Shown here piece by piece: positions 1 through 10,267 of a stretch of 42,445 bases of DNA. The stretch comes from an uncultured bacterium (GTDB taxonomy: Bacteria > Armatimonadota > HRBIN16). The notes under the pieces are model-generated. The model did not search any database, was not told where the DNA came from, and saw only the letters and a list, made by a program, of their open reading frames with translations. Made by a program: the position numbers and the translations under genes. Numbering within the stretch: the first letter of the stretch is position 1; the number at the start of each line of letters is the position of its first letter. The stretch spans positions 1 through 42,445 of the forward strand of contig CAKZNX010000069.1 in NCBI GenBank assembly GCA_937132045.1. Reading direction: 5' to 3'.

Positions 1-2
1 GT

Positions 3-128
3 GGCGAGTGGTTGCTTCGGGAGTATGCTGGGGCAGATGGGGTGGTCCGTCTGGAGAGCGTGGCGGTGGAACTGCCGGTCGCGCTGGTGTATGAGGGTGT
101 TGCTCTCGCCGAAGCCTCTCAGGAATGA
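3..128 (+). CDS. 3' end of Uma2-family (DUF820) PD-(D/E)XK endonuclease-like protein, partial
   Basis: Frame +3 reads GEWLLREYAGADGVVRLESVAVELPVALVYEGVALAEASQE then TGA at 126-128. The W-L-EY...l.l.Sv...LP...vYEgV pattern is typical of the Uma2 C-terminus. Confidence 0.65.
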   Translation, partial: GEWLLREYAGADGVVRLESVAVELPVALVYEGVALAEASQE

Positions 129-191
129 ACCAGTCATGATGCACTTGTGATACAGTGAACATATCTCACTTACCCGAGAAGGAGGGCGTTC

Positions 192-2435
192 GTGGAGTAT
201 CCGACGTTTGGTTGGTTTCACCCGCTTCTGTTCGTGCTGTTTCTGCTACTCTTTGCCTCTCTTGCAATTGCAGAGGGGGAGCGCGACACCCCGTTCATTC
301 AGGAAACCGCAGAACGTTACTCGCTCGGCTCGGAGGATGCCAACGATGTGCGCGGTATCGCCGTAGACCGGCAGGGCAACGTGTGGGCAGCGACGCGCGC
401 CGGTATCTACCGACTGAGCCGTTCACAGAACCGCTGGGAAGCCATGATGTCCGCCGAACAGGCAGGACCGGGCTTCTGCGCTTACACCGACCGTGAGGGC
501 ATGGTGTGGATGGGCGCGTGGAACGGGCTGTACCGTGCGGAACAGGACGGCATACGCCGCGTGCAGGGCATCTCCGAACCGGTCTCCGCGCTCTGTGAGG
601 TGGAAGACGAGCTGCAGGCGTTCGGTCCCGATGGGATGTGGCGTATTCGTGGTGATACAGTGACCCATCAGCAGCTGCCCTCGGCGCGAAGTGTGCGTGC
701 CGTACTCGCTGACAGGCAGGGAGGGGTATGGATTGGCACCGACGTCGGACTGTTCCACCACACTGCCAGCGGAAGCTCGTGGTGGAACGATGAGGACTAT
801 TTGCTGAGTGCATCGGTGCGTGGGCTGGCGTACGCCAGCGATGGAGCACTCTGGATAGGCGGTCTGGGCGGTATCACCATACACCGCGAGGGCAAGCGTG
901 TTGGGCATTTCACCACTGCCGATGGCTTGCCCAGCGTGGAGGTGCAGTGTGTGCGCCCTGCCCCGGACGACAGGATGTGGATCGGCACGCCAAAGGGGGT
1001 GGTGCGCACAGACGGCAAGAGCTGGTCACTGCGTCACAGCCTGCGGTGGCTACCCAGCGATGATGTACGCGATGTGGCGTTCGATGCGGATGGCACGGCG
1101 TGGATAGCCACAGCGGGGGGTGTCTCCGCCGTCCGGCGCCGGTCAATCACCCTCGCTGAAAAGGCGCAACACTACCTGAGTATCTGCATGGCGAGGCACG
1201 TCCGTGAGCCCGGACTGGTGGAGAAATGCCTGCTGGAGACGCCGGGCGATGTGAACACATGGAGACCGCGTGATGACGACAACGATGGCGAATACACAGG
1301 AATGTATCTGGCGATGGAGAGCTTCCGCTTCGCGGCGACGAAAGACCCATCTGCACAGGCGAATGCGCGCAGAGCTTTTGGGGCGTCACGTTTCCTCCAA
1401 ACAGTCACCGGCACCAGCGGCTTCGTGGCGCGAACGGTCATCCCGTCAGATTGGAAGCCCTTGAACGACCCCAACCGCACATATACTGATGCGGAATGGG
1501 CAGACGAACGGGTGGCTGACCCACGTCACAAGCGAGTGCACGAGCGATGGCGTCTCAGCGCCGACGGTAAGTGGTTGTGGAAGGGCGATACCAGCAGCGA
1601 TGAGATTACCGGGCACTTCTACGGCTACCTGCATTTCTACGACCTCGCCGCCGACGAAGCCGATAAGCAAGCGGTGCGGGAGCATGTGCGCCGTGTGATG
1701 GACTACATTATCGACTGCGGGTATGTGTTGAAGGATATCGATGGCGCACACACTCGCTGGGCGGTGTGGTCGCCGGAGAAGCTCAATGGCGATCCTGACT
1801 GGGCGCCCGAGCGCGGCATCAACTCGGTGGAGATACTCTCTTTCCTCAAAGCGACCTACCATATCACCGGCGAGGAGAAGTACCAGCGCGAGTACCGCAA
1901 TTTGCTGGATGAACACGGCTACCGCGAGAACGTTAAACGGGCAAAGACCTTCAATTCGGCATGGCGAACGCATATCGACGACGAGCTGCTGGCACTTGCC
2001 TTTCCGGCTCTGTTGCTTTACGAGACCGACCCCGATTTGAAGCGCCTCTATCGGCAGGCGCTGGACACATGGTACGAAGGGGTGAGGCGTGACCAGAACC
2101 CCTGGTTCCATTACCTCTACGCATCGCTAACCGGTACTGCACCCGAGAGGCACGACTCGCTGATGTTCCTTCGGGATGCGCCGCTGGACCTCGTAAGGTG
2201 GACGGTGGACAACACCCGCCGGGAAGACCTGAAGCTGGTTCGCTACCCGGAGATTGACCGCTGGCAGACCGACCGACTGCCTCCACCGAGCGAGCGCGGT
2301 GTGATGCGCTGGGATGATAACCCCTGGACGGCTGTACAGGGGGACGGCGGACACACCGAAAGCGATGGGGTATTCTGGCTGTTGCCCTACTGGATGGGGC
2401 GCTATTACGGTTACATCGAATCCCCAGACAAATAA
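192..2435 (+). CDS. Secreted protein with N-terminal beta-propeller (two-component-regulator propeller-like repeats) and C-terminal predicted helical-barrel domain; function unknown
   Basis: Signal peptide (LLFVLFLLLFASLAIA), repeated DxxGxxW(I/M)G(T) blades, C-terminal DDDNDG / WKGDTSSDE motifs. AAGGAGG SD upstream of the GTG. Confidence 0.7.
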   Translation: MEYPTFGWFHPLLFVLFLLLFASLAIAEGERDTPFIQETAERYSLGSEDANDVRGIAVDRQGNVWAATRAGIYRLSRSQNRWEAMMSAEQAGPGFCAYTDREGMVWMGAWNGLYRAEQDGIRRVQGISEPVSALCEVEDELQAFGPDGMWRIRGDTVTHQQLPSARSVRAVLADRQGGVWIGTDVGLFHHTASGSSWWNDEDYLLSASVRGLAYASDGALWIGGLGGITIHREGKRVGHFTTADGLPSVEVQCVRPAPDDRMWIGTPKGVVRTDGKSWSLRHSLRWLPSDDVRDVAFDADGTAWIATAGGVSAVRRRSITLAEKAQHYLSICMARHVREPGLVEKCLLETPGDVNTWRPRDDDNDGEYTGMYLAMESFRFAATKDPSAQANARRAFGASRFLQTVTGTSGFVARTVIPSDWKPLNDPNRTYTDAEWADERVADPRHKRVHERWRLSADGKWLWKGDTSSDEITGHFYGYLHFYDLAADEADKQAVREHVRRVMDYIIDCGYVLKDIDGAHTRWAVWSPEKLNGDPDWAPERGINSVEILSFLKATYHITGEEKYQREYRNLLDEHGYRENVKRAKTFNSAWRTHIDDELLALAFPALLLYETDPDLKRLYRQALDTWYEGVRRDQNPWFHYLYASLTGTAPERHDSLMFLRDAPLDLVRWTVDNTRREDLKLVRYPEIDRWQTDRLPPPSERGVMRWDDNPWTAVQGDGGHTESDGVFWLLPYWMGRYYGYIESPDK

Positions 2436-2444
2436 GAGCTATCG

Positions 2445-2471
2445 TAACCTTGCACCTCGTGGAACAGTCTA
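2445..2471 (+). promoter_or_regulatory. Putative ECF-sigma promoter (TAAC-N18-GTCTA)
   Basis: TAAC at 2445-2448 and GTCTA at 2467-2471, about 30 nt before the start at 2502/2505. Resembles the motif upstream of the ECF sigma gene in this window. Confidence 0.4.
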
Positions 2472-2501
2472 AATAGTGTATGTGAACGAAGGGAGGGCAC
2501 C

Positions 2502-3563
2502 GTGATGAAAACCTCTGTCTCCCGCTGGAGTTTGCTGATCGCCGCAGTGGTACTTGCGATGGCAGTGACGATGCCTGCCTCTGCGGACGACCTCGGCAAG
2601 CTGTTCAAGAAGACCGAGAGCGGTAAGAGCAAGTCCGATGATCGCTCCTCGCCGAGCAAGAGCGATGGACGCAACACACCCTCAGTCTCGCCCAGCAACA
2701 ACAATACAGACAACAACGACCTGTTCCGCAAAAAGGGCGATCGTGCCCCGGCGCCTGCGCCAAGCCGTCAGCCTGCGCCTGCTCCAGCTACATCCGGTAA
2801 CCGCCCGCAGCCGAGTGGGCGTAATCAGCCGTCGGTAGGACCGGGCGAATACTGGGTCTACCCGTCTGAGGTGCAAACACCCTTTGGAAACCGCCCGCGT
2901 CCGTCCGCTAACGGCATGATCAACCTGGCTCGGCGTACCGGCGAGTGGCAGCCGAACATATACTTCCCGCCGATCAACGACAACTATCGTCGCCACTATC
3001 CACGTGGGGTGGCTTACGGTTTCTATGTACGCACGTACGAGCCGTATCGCGTGTGCCCATCGGTGTACGTGTTCTACACCACCATGCCCGCTTACATCTC
3101 CACCGAGCGAATCGTCGTGGTGGAACGTCCGGTATTCGTGGAGGTGCCGGTCTTCGTCTATCGTGAGGGCTACTACCTGGAGCGAAGCCTGCCCACCCGG
3201 CTGGACGCTACCATTGGCGACATCCAGCGTGCGTGGCGCTACAACAGCCCTGATCTGATCCGGCGTCATCTGCGCTTCGATATGTTCGTGGCGGTGTACC
3301 TGCGCGGCAAGTACGCCTACTCGGTACCTGCTGAGGACTACTTCACAATGACGCTGGACGCCATGCGCAACACCCGTACCATGCGCTTCGCCTTCGACGA
3401 GATCCGCAAGCGCACCAACGATGCGTACGTGCTTTACGGGCAACATGTGTATCAGGACGAGGACGGTCAGGTGCGCACCACCTACATCAGCTATACGGTG
3501 GAGCGCATTGGCAGTGAGTGGATTGTCACCGAGGTGGGTTCCAGTCCAGAGCCTCTGCCCTGA
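2502..3563 (+). CDS. Secreted hypothetical protein with Pro/Ser/Asn-rich linker and globular C-terminal domain (possibly NTF2-like)
   Basis: Signal peptide ending PASA, low-complexity middle, Tyr/Arg-rich segment and folded-looking C-terminus. GGGAGG SD; start is GTG 2502 or ATG 2505. Confidence 0.65.
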   Translation: MMKTSVSRWSLLIAAVVLAMAVTMPASADDLGKLFKKTESGKSKSDDRSSPSKSDGRNTPSVSPSNNNTDNNDLFRKKGDRAPAPAPSRQPAPAPATSGNRPQPSGRNQPSVGPGEYWVYPSEVQTPFGNRPRPSANGMINLARRTGEWQPNIYFPPINDNYRRHYPRGVAYGFYVRTYEPYRVCPSVYVFYTTMPAYISTERIVVVERPVFVEVPVFVYREGYYLERSLPTRLDATIGDIQRAWRYNSPDLIRRHLRFDMFVAVYLRGKYAYSVPAEDYFTMTLDAMRNTRTMRFAFDEIRKRTNDAYVLYGQHVYQDEDGQVRTTYISYTVERIGSEWIVTEVGSSPEPLP

Positions 3564-3619
3564 GTGAGTTCAGCCGCATGGGGCTGAGGCTCAATCACAG
3601 CCTGTGCTAAAGCACCAGA

Positions 3620-3654
3620 GAGGGACGGAAGCACGACATCCGTCCCTCGTTTTT
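3620..3654 (+). terminator. Intrinsic terminator after the 2502-3563 gene
   Basis: Perfect 10-bp stem GAGGGACGGA (3620-3629) / TCCGTCCCTC (3639-3648) followed by GTTTTT. Confidence 0.7.
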
Positions 3655-3662
3655 GGTACAAT
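3654..3662 (+). promoter_or_regulatory. Extended -10 sigma70-type promoter for rtcB
   Basis: TGgTACAAT immediately after the terminator and 26 nt before the ATG at 3689. Confidence 0.55.
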
Positions 3663-3688
3663 ATCGGTGCTGAGGGGAGGTGAAAGCA

Positions 3689-5158
3689 ATGAGCGAGAAA
3701 TGGGAGGGCAAGCTGGAGCGCATCGACAGCAACCGCTGGCGCATTCCGAAAGACTACAAGAAGGGAATGCGTGTGGATGGCATCATCTACGCCAGCGCGC
3801 GGTTGATAGAGCAGATTGTGCAGGACCAGTCGCCGGAGCAGGTCGCCAACGTCGCCACCCTGCCGGGCATTCAGCAGTACTCCATTGCCATGCCGGATAT
3901 TCACTGGGGATACGGCTTCCCGATAGGAGGGGTGGCGGCAATGGACATCAAGGAGGGCGTGGTTTCGCCCGGTGGCGTGGGTTTCGATATCAACTGTGGG
4001 GTGCGCATGTTACGCACCGACCTCACCGTCGGGCAGGTTCAGCCCAAAATCAAGGAGCTGGTCGACCAGATTTTCCGCGATGTGCCAGCTGGACTGAAAG
4101 GTGAGGGGCTGATCAAAGTGAACCCACAGGAGCTTCGCGAGGTGATGCGCAAAGGCGCTCAGTGGATGATTGAGCACGGCTACGGCTGGGAGGAAGACAT
4201 CGAGCGCAGCGAGCAAAGCACCACGCTGACCGGTCTGTTGCCTCCGGAACCCTCCAACATCTCCAACCGCGCCATCGAGCGGGGTAAGACGCAACTCGGT
4301 ACGCTGGGCGGCGGCAACCACTTCCTGGAAGTGCAGGTGGTGGACGAAATCTACGACCACAAGGTCGCCGAGGTGTTTGGCATCACGCAGGTTGGGCAGA
4401 TTACAGTGATGATACACACCGGTTCGCGCGGGTTCGGACACCAGACCTGTGACGACTATCTGGATGTGATGCAGAGGGCGCAGAAGAAATACGGCATCGA
4501 ACTGCCCGACCGACAGCTTGCCTGTGCACCTATCTCCTCCGAAGAGGGTGAGGACTACCTGACTGCGATGGCGTGTGCCGCGAACTTCGCCTGGGCGAAC
4601 CGACAGGCGATCGCTCACTGGGTGCGACAGGCGTTTGCCAAAGTGTTCGGGGCAAAGCCACACGACCTCGGGATGCACCAGATATACGACGTAGCGCACA
4701 ACATTGCCAAGATCGAGGAGCATGTGATCGATGGCAAGCCGCGCACGGTGTGCGTGCATCGGAAAGGAGCCACGCGTGCGTTCGGTCCGGGACACCCTGC
4801 TGTACCTAAGTGCTACCGCGAGGTGGGACAGCCGGTGTTGATCCCCGGCGACATGGGGCGCTACTCGTTCATTCTGGTGGGTACCGTCACTGCGATGCGA
4901 GAGACGTTTGGTTCCACCTGTCACGGCGCAGGTCGCATGATGAGCCGCCATGGCGCCATGCGCGAGGCGCAGGGACGCAACATCGCTCAGGAATTGGCTG
5001 ATAAAGGCATCTACGTACGGGCACAGAACAAAGCCACCCTGGCTGAGGAAGCCTCCTACGCCTACAAGGACGTGGCGAATGTGGTCGATGTGTGCGAAGG
5101 AGTGGGCATCTCGCGCAAAGTGGCTCGCCTGCGCCCCATCGGAGTGGTGAAAGGCTGA
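3689..5158 (+). CDS. rtcB: RNA-splicing/repair ligase RtcB (long, archaeal-like type)
   Basis: Motifs MPDIHWGYGFPIGG, GFDINCG, GNHFLE, HTGSRG, HRKGAT, STCHGAGR, EEAxxAYK. GGAGGTG SD favours ATG 3689. Confidence 0.95.
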   Translation: MSEKWEGKLERIDSNRWRIPKDYKKGMRVDGIIYASARLIEQIVQDQSPEQVANVATLPGIQQYSIAMPDIHWGYGFPIGGVAAMDIKEGVVSPGGVGFDINCGVRMLRTDLTVGQVQPKIKELVDQIFRDVPAGLKGEGLIKVNPQELREVMRKGAQWMIEHGYGWEEDIERSEQSTTLTGLLPPEPSNISNRAIERGKTQLGTLGGGNHFLEVQVVDEIYDHKVAEVFGITQVGQITVMIHTGSRGFGHQTCDDYLDVMQRAQKKYGIELPDRQLACAPISSEEGEDYLTAMACAANFAWANRQAIAHWVRQAFAKVFGAKPHDLGMHQIYDVAHNIAKIEEHVIDGKPRTVCVHRKGATRAFGPGHPAVPKCYREVGQPVLIPGDMGRYSFILVGTVTAMRETFGSTCHGAGRMMSRHGAMREAQGRNIAQELADKGIYVRAQNKATLAEEASYAYKDVANVVDVCEGVGISRKVARLRPIGVVKG

Positions 5159-5321
5159 GTAATTGGGGCTGCGCCGTTCTCGGGAACCTTCGGCTGCCCA
5201 GCTTCTGTTTTCCGATGGCGACCCTATGAGGAGGGCATCAGCCGTGTACGCTCCCAGATGGGGTATACTCAAAGCCGTACTGCTAGTGCCCCTATCTATT
5301 CTGCGGGCAGTCGGAGGTAAC

Positions 5322-7526
5322 ATGCCACAAGATTCCGGTGACGTGTTCGCGGCTCTGCAACGCTGTCATGTGGTTTGGGATAGCCCCTCAGCGGACAGCT
5401 CGGGATCGATGCCGCTGGGCAACGGGGATGTAGGGGTGAACCTCTGGGTTGAGCCGAACGGCGACCTCGTCTTCTATCTGAGCAAAACCGACGCCTGGAG
5501 CGAGAACAACCGTCTGCTGAAACTGGGCAGGATACGGGTGTCAGTGCAGCCTTCTCTGTTCAGCTGGGGAGGCTTTTGCCGGCAGGAACTGCGCCTGTTA
5601 AGCGGCGAGATCGTGGTGCAGGCTGGCGATCCCCGCAAGCCTGCGCTTCTGCGGGTGTGGGTGGATGCGAACCGTCCCGTGGTCTGGGTGGATGTGGAGA
5701 GCCCAGAGCCAGTGCATGTGCAGGCCCAGCTGGAGGTGTGGCGCACCAGAGACCGAAGGCTGGAAGGACGCGAGCTATTCAGCGCATACGGCATGATGGA
5801 ATCGCCATTCCCTGTGATCGAACATGCCGATACGGTACTGGAAACACCGAAAGATGCGCTTATCTGGTATCATCGCAATTCCACCTCGATCTACGAACTG
5901 ACCCTGCGTCACCAGGGACTGCAGAGCCTGATTGGAAAGCTTCCGGATCCCCTGCTGCACCGCACTTTCGGCGGGATGATACGTGGCAAAGGGCTGACGC
6001 GAACGGACCGGCACACCTTACGCAGCACCTCGCCGGGAAAGCGGTTTTCTGTGGCGGTGCATGTGCTGACGGCGCAAACGCCGACCGTGGAAGAATGGCT
6101 TCACCAGCTGCAGGCTCAGGCAAAAAAGGTGGAGTCTATGGCGCGCACGCAGGCGCGCGCTGCCCATCAGCGCTGGTGGCAGAGCTTCTGGCGACGCAGC
6201 TGGATCGTGGTGACCGGAAGCCCAGAGGCAGAGGTGGTAACTCAGGGCTACACGCTGCAGAGATTCGTCAATGCCTGCGCGGGGCGTGGGGCGTATCCCA
6301 TCAAGTTCAATGGTTCTATATTCACCGTCGACTCGCGTGAGCCGGATGAACAGTTCGATGCCGATTACCGCCGATGGGGCGGAGAGTACTGGCTCCAGAA
6401 CACCCGATTGCTTTACTGGACGATGTTACCTGCAGGCGATTTCGATATGATGCGCCCCCTGTTCGAGATGTATCGCAAAGCGCTTCCTCTGGCTCGGGAG
6501 AGGACAAAGACATATTTTGGGCATGAAGGGGCTTATTTCCCCGAGACCATCACCTCGTGGGGCACCTACGCCAACGTCAACTACGGCTGTAACCGCGAGA
6601 ACAAACCGGTCTCTCACATCGACAACCCCTACATCCGTTACTATTACTCCTGCAACCTGGAACTGCTGGCGCTGGCTCTGGACTATTTCCTCCACACCGG
6701 CGACAAGCGGTTCCTGAATGAGACTCTTCTGCCTTTTGCCGATGCCTTCGTCACCTTTTACGACCGACACTTTCCGCGTGACGAAAACGGCAAGCTCCTG
6801 TTCAAACCCTCGCAGGCTCTGGAGACGTATCCGAGCACCATCAATCCCCTGCCCGACATCGCGGGACTGCAGTGGGTGCTGGATGGGCTGTTGCGATTGC
6901 CGCTGGGAGCGGAGGGGGCAGACCGGCGCAACCAGTGGCGGCGGCTGCTGGGACAGCTTCCACCTTTGCCGATGAAAACGGAAGGCAACGCGACCTACTT
7001 TGTGCCTGCGCGGGAGATCCTCGCGGACCCCATCAATTCGGAAAACCCCGAGCTGTATGCGGTGTTCCCTTACCGGTTGTACGGCGTGGAGAAGCCCGAC
7101 CTGGACATGGCGCGTCGAACGTACGCACGCAGAGTCTACAAGGGCAACGAAGGCTGGCGTCAGGACCCCATCTGGGCGGCTCTGCTGGGCTTAATCGATG
7201 AGGCGAAAGCGATGGTATCTCAGCGCTTCGCCACCAAACACGCAGGCAGCCGTTTCCCTGCCTTCTGGGGACCGAACTACGACTGGATACCCGATCAGGA
7301 CCACGGCTGTGGGGGGATGATCGCCCTGCAGGCAATGCTGATGCAGACCAGTGGCGACCGCATCCTGCTCTTTCCTGCATGGCCCCGTGACTGGGATGTT
7401 TCGTTCCGACTGCACGCGCCTGGCAAGACAGTGGTAGAGGGCGAACTGCGCGGCGGCAAACTGCGTGCTCTGAAGGTAACGCCCGCAAACAAAGAGAAAG
7501 ATGTTACCGTGTTCGAGCCACAATAG
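5322..7526 (+). CDS. DUF5703 / GH95-like glycoside hydrolase with (alpha/alpha)6 barrel
   Basis: SMPLGNGD N-terminus, [37 protein letters not shown], LFPAWPxDW. GGAGG SD before ATG 5322. Confidence 0.75.
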   Translation: MPQDSGDVFAALQRCHVVWDSPSADSSGSMPLGNGDVGVNLWVEPNGDLVFYLSKTDAWSENNRLLKLGRIRVSVQPSLFSWGGFCRQELRLLSGEIVVQAGDPRKPALLRVWVDANRPVVWVDVESPEPVHVQAQLEVWRTRDRRLEGRELFSAYGMMESPFPVIEHADTVLETPKDALIWYHRNSTSIYELTLRHQGLQSLIGKLPDPLLHRTFGGMIRGKGLTRTDRHTLRSTSPGKRFSVAVHVLTAQTPTVEEWLHQLQAQAKKVESMARTQARAAHQRWWQSFWRRSWIVVTGSPEAEVVTQGYTLQRFVNACAGRGAYPIKFNGSIFTVDSREPDEQFDADYRRWGGEYWLQNTRLLYWTMLPAGDFDMMRPLFEMYRKALPLARERTKTYFGHEGAYFPETITSWGTYANVNYGCNRENKPVSHIDNPYIRYYYSCNLELLALALDYFLHTGDKRFLNETLLPFADAFVTFYDRHFPRDENGKLLFKPSQALETYPSTINPLPDIAGLQWVLDGLLRLPLGAEGADRRNQWRRLLGQLPPLPMKTEGNATYFVPAREILADPINSENPELYAVFPYRLYGVEKPDLDMARRTYARRVYKGNEGWRQDPIWAALLGLIDEAKAMVSQRFATKHAGSRFPAFWGPNYDWIPDQDHGCGGMIALQAMLMQTSGDRILLFPAWPRDWDVSFRLHAPGKTVVEGELRGGKLRALKVTPANKEKDVTVFEPQ

Positions 7527-7540
7527 CTGAAGGGGGAACC

Positions 7541-8488
7541 ATGCCGCGCGCAATAGTGACAGGTGGAGCGGGCTTTTTGGGGTCGCATCTGGTAGATCGC
7601 CTGCTGGCGGAGGGCTACGAGGTTATTGCGCTGGACAACCTCATTACAGGCACGGTGGAGAACATTGTGCACCTCGCAGGAAACGAGCGTTTTCGCTTCA
7701 TCAAACAGGATGTCACCGAGTACCTGTACATCGATGGACCGGTAGACATCATCTTTCACTTTGCCTCACCTGCCAGCCCTGTGGACTTCGCCAACAGACC
7801 CATCCAGATACTGAAGGTGAACTCGCTGGGAACTCACAAAACCCTAGGGCTGGCGAAGGCGAAGGGGGCGCGCTACGTGCTGGCGTCCACCTCGGAGGTA
7901 TACGGCGATCCGCTGGTTCACCCCCAGCCGGAAGAGTATTCGGGTAACGTGAACCCCGTAGGCGTTCGTGGCGCATACGACGAAGGCAAGCGCTTTGCCG
8001 AAGCAATTACCATGGCATACCACCGTCATCATGGGCTGGACACGCGCATTGTGCGTATCTTCAACACGTTTGGTGAACGGATGCGCCTCGACGACGGCAG
8101 AATGATCCCGAACTTCATTGGGCAGGCGTTGCGCGGCGAGCCGATCACGGTGTATGGGGACGGGCAACAGACGCGCAGCTTCTGCTATGTGTCCGACCTG
8201 ATCGAGGGCATCTGGAGGTTGTCCCAGCTGCCCAACTATCACGAACCGGTGAACATCGGCAACCCGGACGAGCGAACGGTTCTGGACGTGGCGTCTCTGG
8301 TGAAGGAACTGTCGGGTAGCGCCAGCGAGATTGTCTTCCGCCCGCTGTTTTCACCGGACGAGCCGCGCCGACGCAAGCCGGACATTACCCGCGCGAGGCA
8401 GCTGCTGGGCTGGCAGCCGCAGGTGACGCTGGAGGAGGGGCTGAGGCGCACCATCGACTACTTCCGGGCGCGCCTGCCTGTTCCCTAA
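7541..8488 (+). CDS. UDP-glucuronate decarboxylase (UDP-xylose synthase), extended SDR
   Basis: [42 protein letters not shown] motifs. Confidence 0.88.
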   Translation: MPRAIVTGGAGFLGSHLVDRLLAEGYEVIALDNLITGTVENIVHLAGNERFRFIKQDVTEYLYIDGPVDIIFHFASPASPVDFANRPIQILKVNSLGTHKTLGLAKAKGARYVLASTSEVYGDPLVHPQPEEYSGNVNPVGVRGAYDEGKRFAEAITMAYHRHHGLDTRIVRIFNTFGERMRLDDGRMIPNFIGQALRGEPITVYGDGQQTRSFCYVSDLIEGIWRLSQLPNYHEPVNIGNPDERTVLDVASLVKELSGSASEIVFRPLFSPDEPRRRKPDITRARQLLGWQPQVTLEEGLRRTIDYFRARLPVP

Positions 8489-8952
8489 TCCTGTTTCTGC
8501 GCTTCCTCTTCTGCTGCAACCGCCTCGAGGAAAGCGTCTACCCCTGCCTGCGCCACAATACGGTCCTGTTCGATAGTGCCTGAGCTGACGCCTACCGCGC
8601 CGATGACCTGCCCGTTGACTATAATGGGCAGCCCTCCACCGAAAATCATAAAACGCCCCTGATTGCTGACATGAATGCCGTAGGCAGGACCGCCCTGTGG
8701 CGAAGCGATGGTGGCATATTCGTGCGTGCCGCGTCGCGTGCCGGCTGCGGTGAACGCCTTGTTGATGGCGATGTCGATGCTGGTGATGCGCGCGTTGTCC
8801 ATCCGGCAGAAGGCTATCAGGTTCCCGCCGTCGTCCACTACGGCGATGTCCATGTCCTGTCCCAGTTCGCGCGATTTCTCCTCGCACGCGTGAACGATGA
8901 ACTTTGCACCCTCCAGTGTCAGTTTGATACGATTCTTATGCACCAGTGCCAT
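8485..8952 (-). CDS. GlcG/HbpS family heme-binding protein
   Basis: [40 protein letters not shown] motifs. GGAGG SD before ATG 8952. Confidence 0.88.
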   Translation of the reverse strand: MALVHKNRIKLTLEGAKFIVHACEEKSRELGQDMDIAVVDDGGNLIAFCRMDNARITSIDIAINKAFTAAGTRRGTHEYATIASPQGGPAYGIHVSNQGRFMIFGGGLPIIVNGQVIGAVGVSSGTIEQDRIVAQAGVDAFLEAVAAEEEAQKQD

Positions 8953-9006
8953 AACACCCCGCCTCCATCGTTCGGAATAGTTGGCTTGCTGACAATCGAC
9001 GTTCTC

Positions 9007-9036
9007 AGTATACCACTTCGCGCAACGGGCAAGCAA
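9007..9036 (-). promoter_or_regulatory. sigma70-type promoter for the GlcG-family gene
   Basis: Minus strand TTGCTT-N18-TATACT with extended TG (TGgTATACT). Confidence 0.5.
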
Positions 9037-9121
9037 CGGGAGCACCGACGTCACGGTTACCGGGTGCCTGCCAAAGCCCCGAAATACCCGCGTGGAGTGG
9101 GGTATGCTGGACAGCGACCGG

Positions 9122-9154
9122 CTTAAAAGTACCTTAACAATTGCGCGATATGAT
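9122..9154 (+). promoter_or_regulatory. Pho box (PhoP/PhoB-type direct repeats) plus -10 element of the pstS promoter
   Basis: CTTAAAA (9122) and CTTAACA (9133) repeat at exactly 11 bp, followed by TATGAT at 9149-9154, upstream of pstS. Confidence 0.65.
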
Positions 9155-9203
9155 ACCAGCGGTGGGGATTCGACGTCTATTGCTGGATGGAGGAGTGATT
9201 ACG

Positions 9204-10262
9204 ATGCTTCGCAAAGGCGCGACTTTCTGGAGTGTGCTGGTTCTTGCCAGCTCGCTAGTCATCGCAGGGTGCGCTCCGAAGAAGGAGTCAACAACCACAA
9301 CCGGCGCCCCGACAAAGATACAAATCACGGGAGCCGGATCCACGTTTGTGAACCCGATTATGTCTCGCTGGTCGTCCGAGTACGAGAAGCTTGCCGGCGT
9401 GCAGGTGAATTACCAGAGTATCGGTAGCGGTGGTGGTATTCAGCAGTTCAAAGAAGGCACCATCGACTTCGGCGCGACCGACGTCACGGTTTCCGAAGAG
9501 GAAGAGAAGAGTTTTACCCGCTCGTTCGTTCAGTTCCCCGTCGTAGCGGGTACGGTGGCGATAGTGTACAATCTGCCCGGTTTTACCGAGAACCTGAAAC
9601 TGACCCCGGCAGTGCTGGTGGATATCTTTCTGGGCAAGATTAAGAAGTGGAACGACCCACGCCTCTCTCTGCTGAACCCGGGCGTGAATCTCCCGAACAT
9701 GGACATCGTGGTGGTGCACCGCTCGGATGGGAGCGGAACCACCTATATCCTGACCGACTATCTCAGCACGGTCAGCGAGGAGTGGAAGCAGAAGGTGGGG
9801 CGTGGCAAGTCGGTCAGCTGGCCCGTGGGCGTTGGGGGTAAAGGTAACGAGGGCGTCACTGGACAGGTGAAGCAGCTGCCCGGCGCCGTTGGCTATGTGG
9901 AACTGAACTACGCGCGGCAGAACAACCTGACCTTTGCAGCCATTCAGAACACGGCGGGTACATTCGTCCTGCCCAGCCAGGAGACCGGTGCGGAAGCCAC
10001 CCGCGTGGCGGTGGAGCGGCTCAAGACGGATATCCGAAGCAGTGTGGTGAACATGCCCGGCGGCAACAGCTATCCCATCACCGGCTTCGTGTACGTGCTG
10101 GTGGACAAACAGCCGAAGGATGCCGCCAAAGGCGCAGAAGTCAAGAAGTTCTTCGAGTGGGTACTGAAGGAAGGACAGAAGATGGCTGGTGAGCTGGACT
10201 ACGTACCGCTCGCCGACGAAGCTGTCCAGATGTCGCTGGCAAAGCTTGCTGAGGTACCGTAA
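9204..10262 (+). CDS. pstS: Phosphate ABC transporter substrate-binding lipoprotein
   Basis: Lipobox IAGC; GAGST, YQSIGSGGG, HRSDGSGTT, GKGNEGV. GGAGG SD before ATG 9204. Confidence 0.95.
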   Translation: MLRKGATFWSVLVLASSLVIAGCAPKKESTTTTGAPTKIQITGAGSTFVNPIMSRWSSEYEKLAGVQVNYQSIGSGGGIQQFKEGTIDFGATDVTVSEEEEKSFTRSFVQFPVVAGTVAIVYNLPGFTENLKLTPAVLVDIFLGKIKKWNDPRLSLLNPGVNLPNMDIVVVHRSDGSGTTYILTDYLSTVSEEWKQKVGRGKSVSWPVGVGGKGNEGVTGQVKQLPGAVGYVELNYARQNNLTFAAIQNTAGTFVLPSQETGAEATRVAVERLKTDIRSSVVNMPGGNSYPITGFVYVLVDKQPKDAAKGAEVKKFFEWVLKEGQKMAGELDYVPLADEAVQMSLAKLAEVP

Positions 10263-10267
10263 CGGCG

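Noticed and set aside
148-157. TGATACAGTG recurring at about 148, 653 and 14601
   Set aside because: One copy is inside a CDS and the contexts are unrelated; consistent with chance, or an extended -10 at the first site only.
2690-2830. AAC-rich and CCTGCG repeats
   Set aside because: They encode the Asn and Pro-Ala low-complexity linker; not a CRISPR array or a regular tandem repeat.
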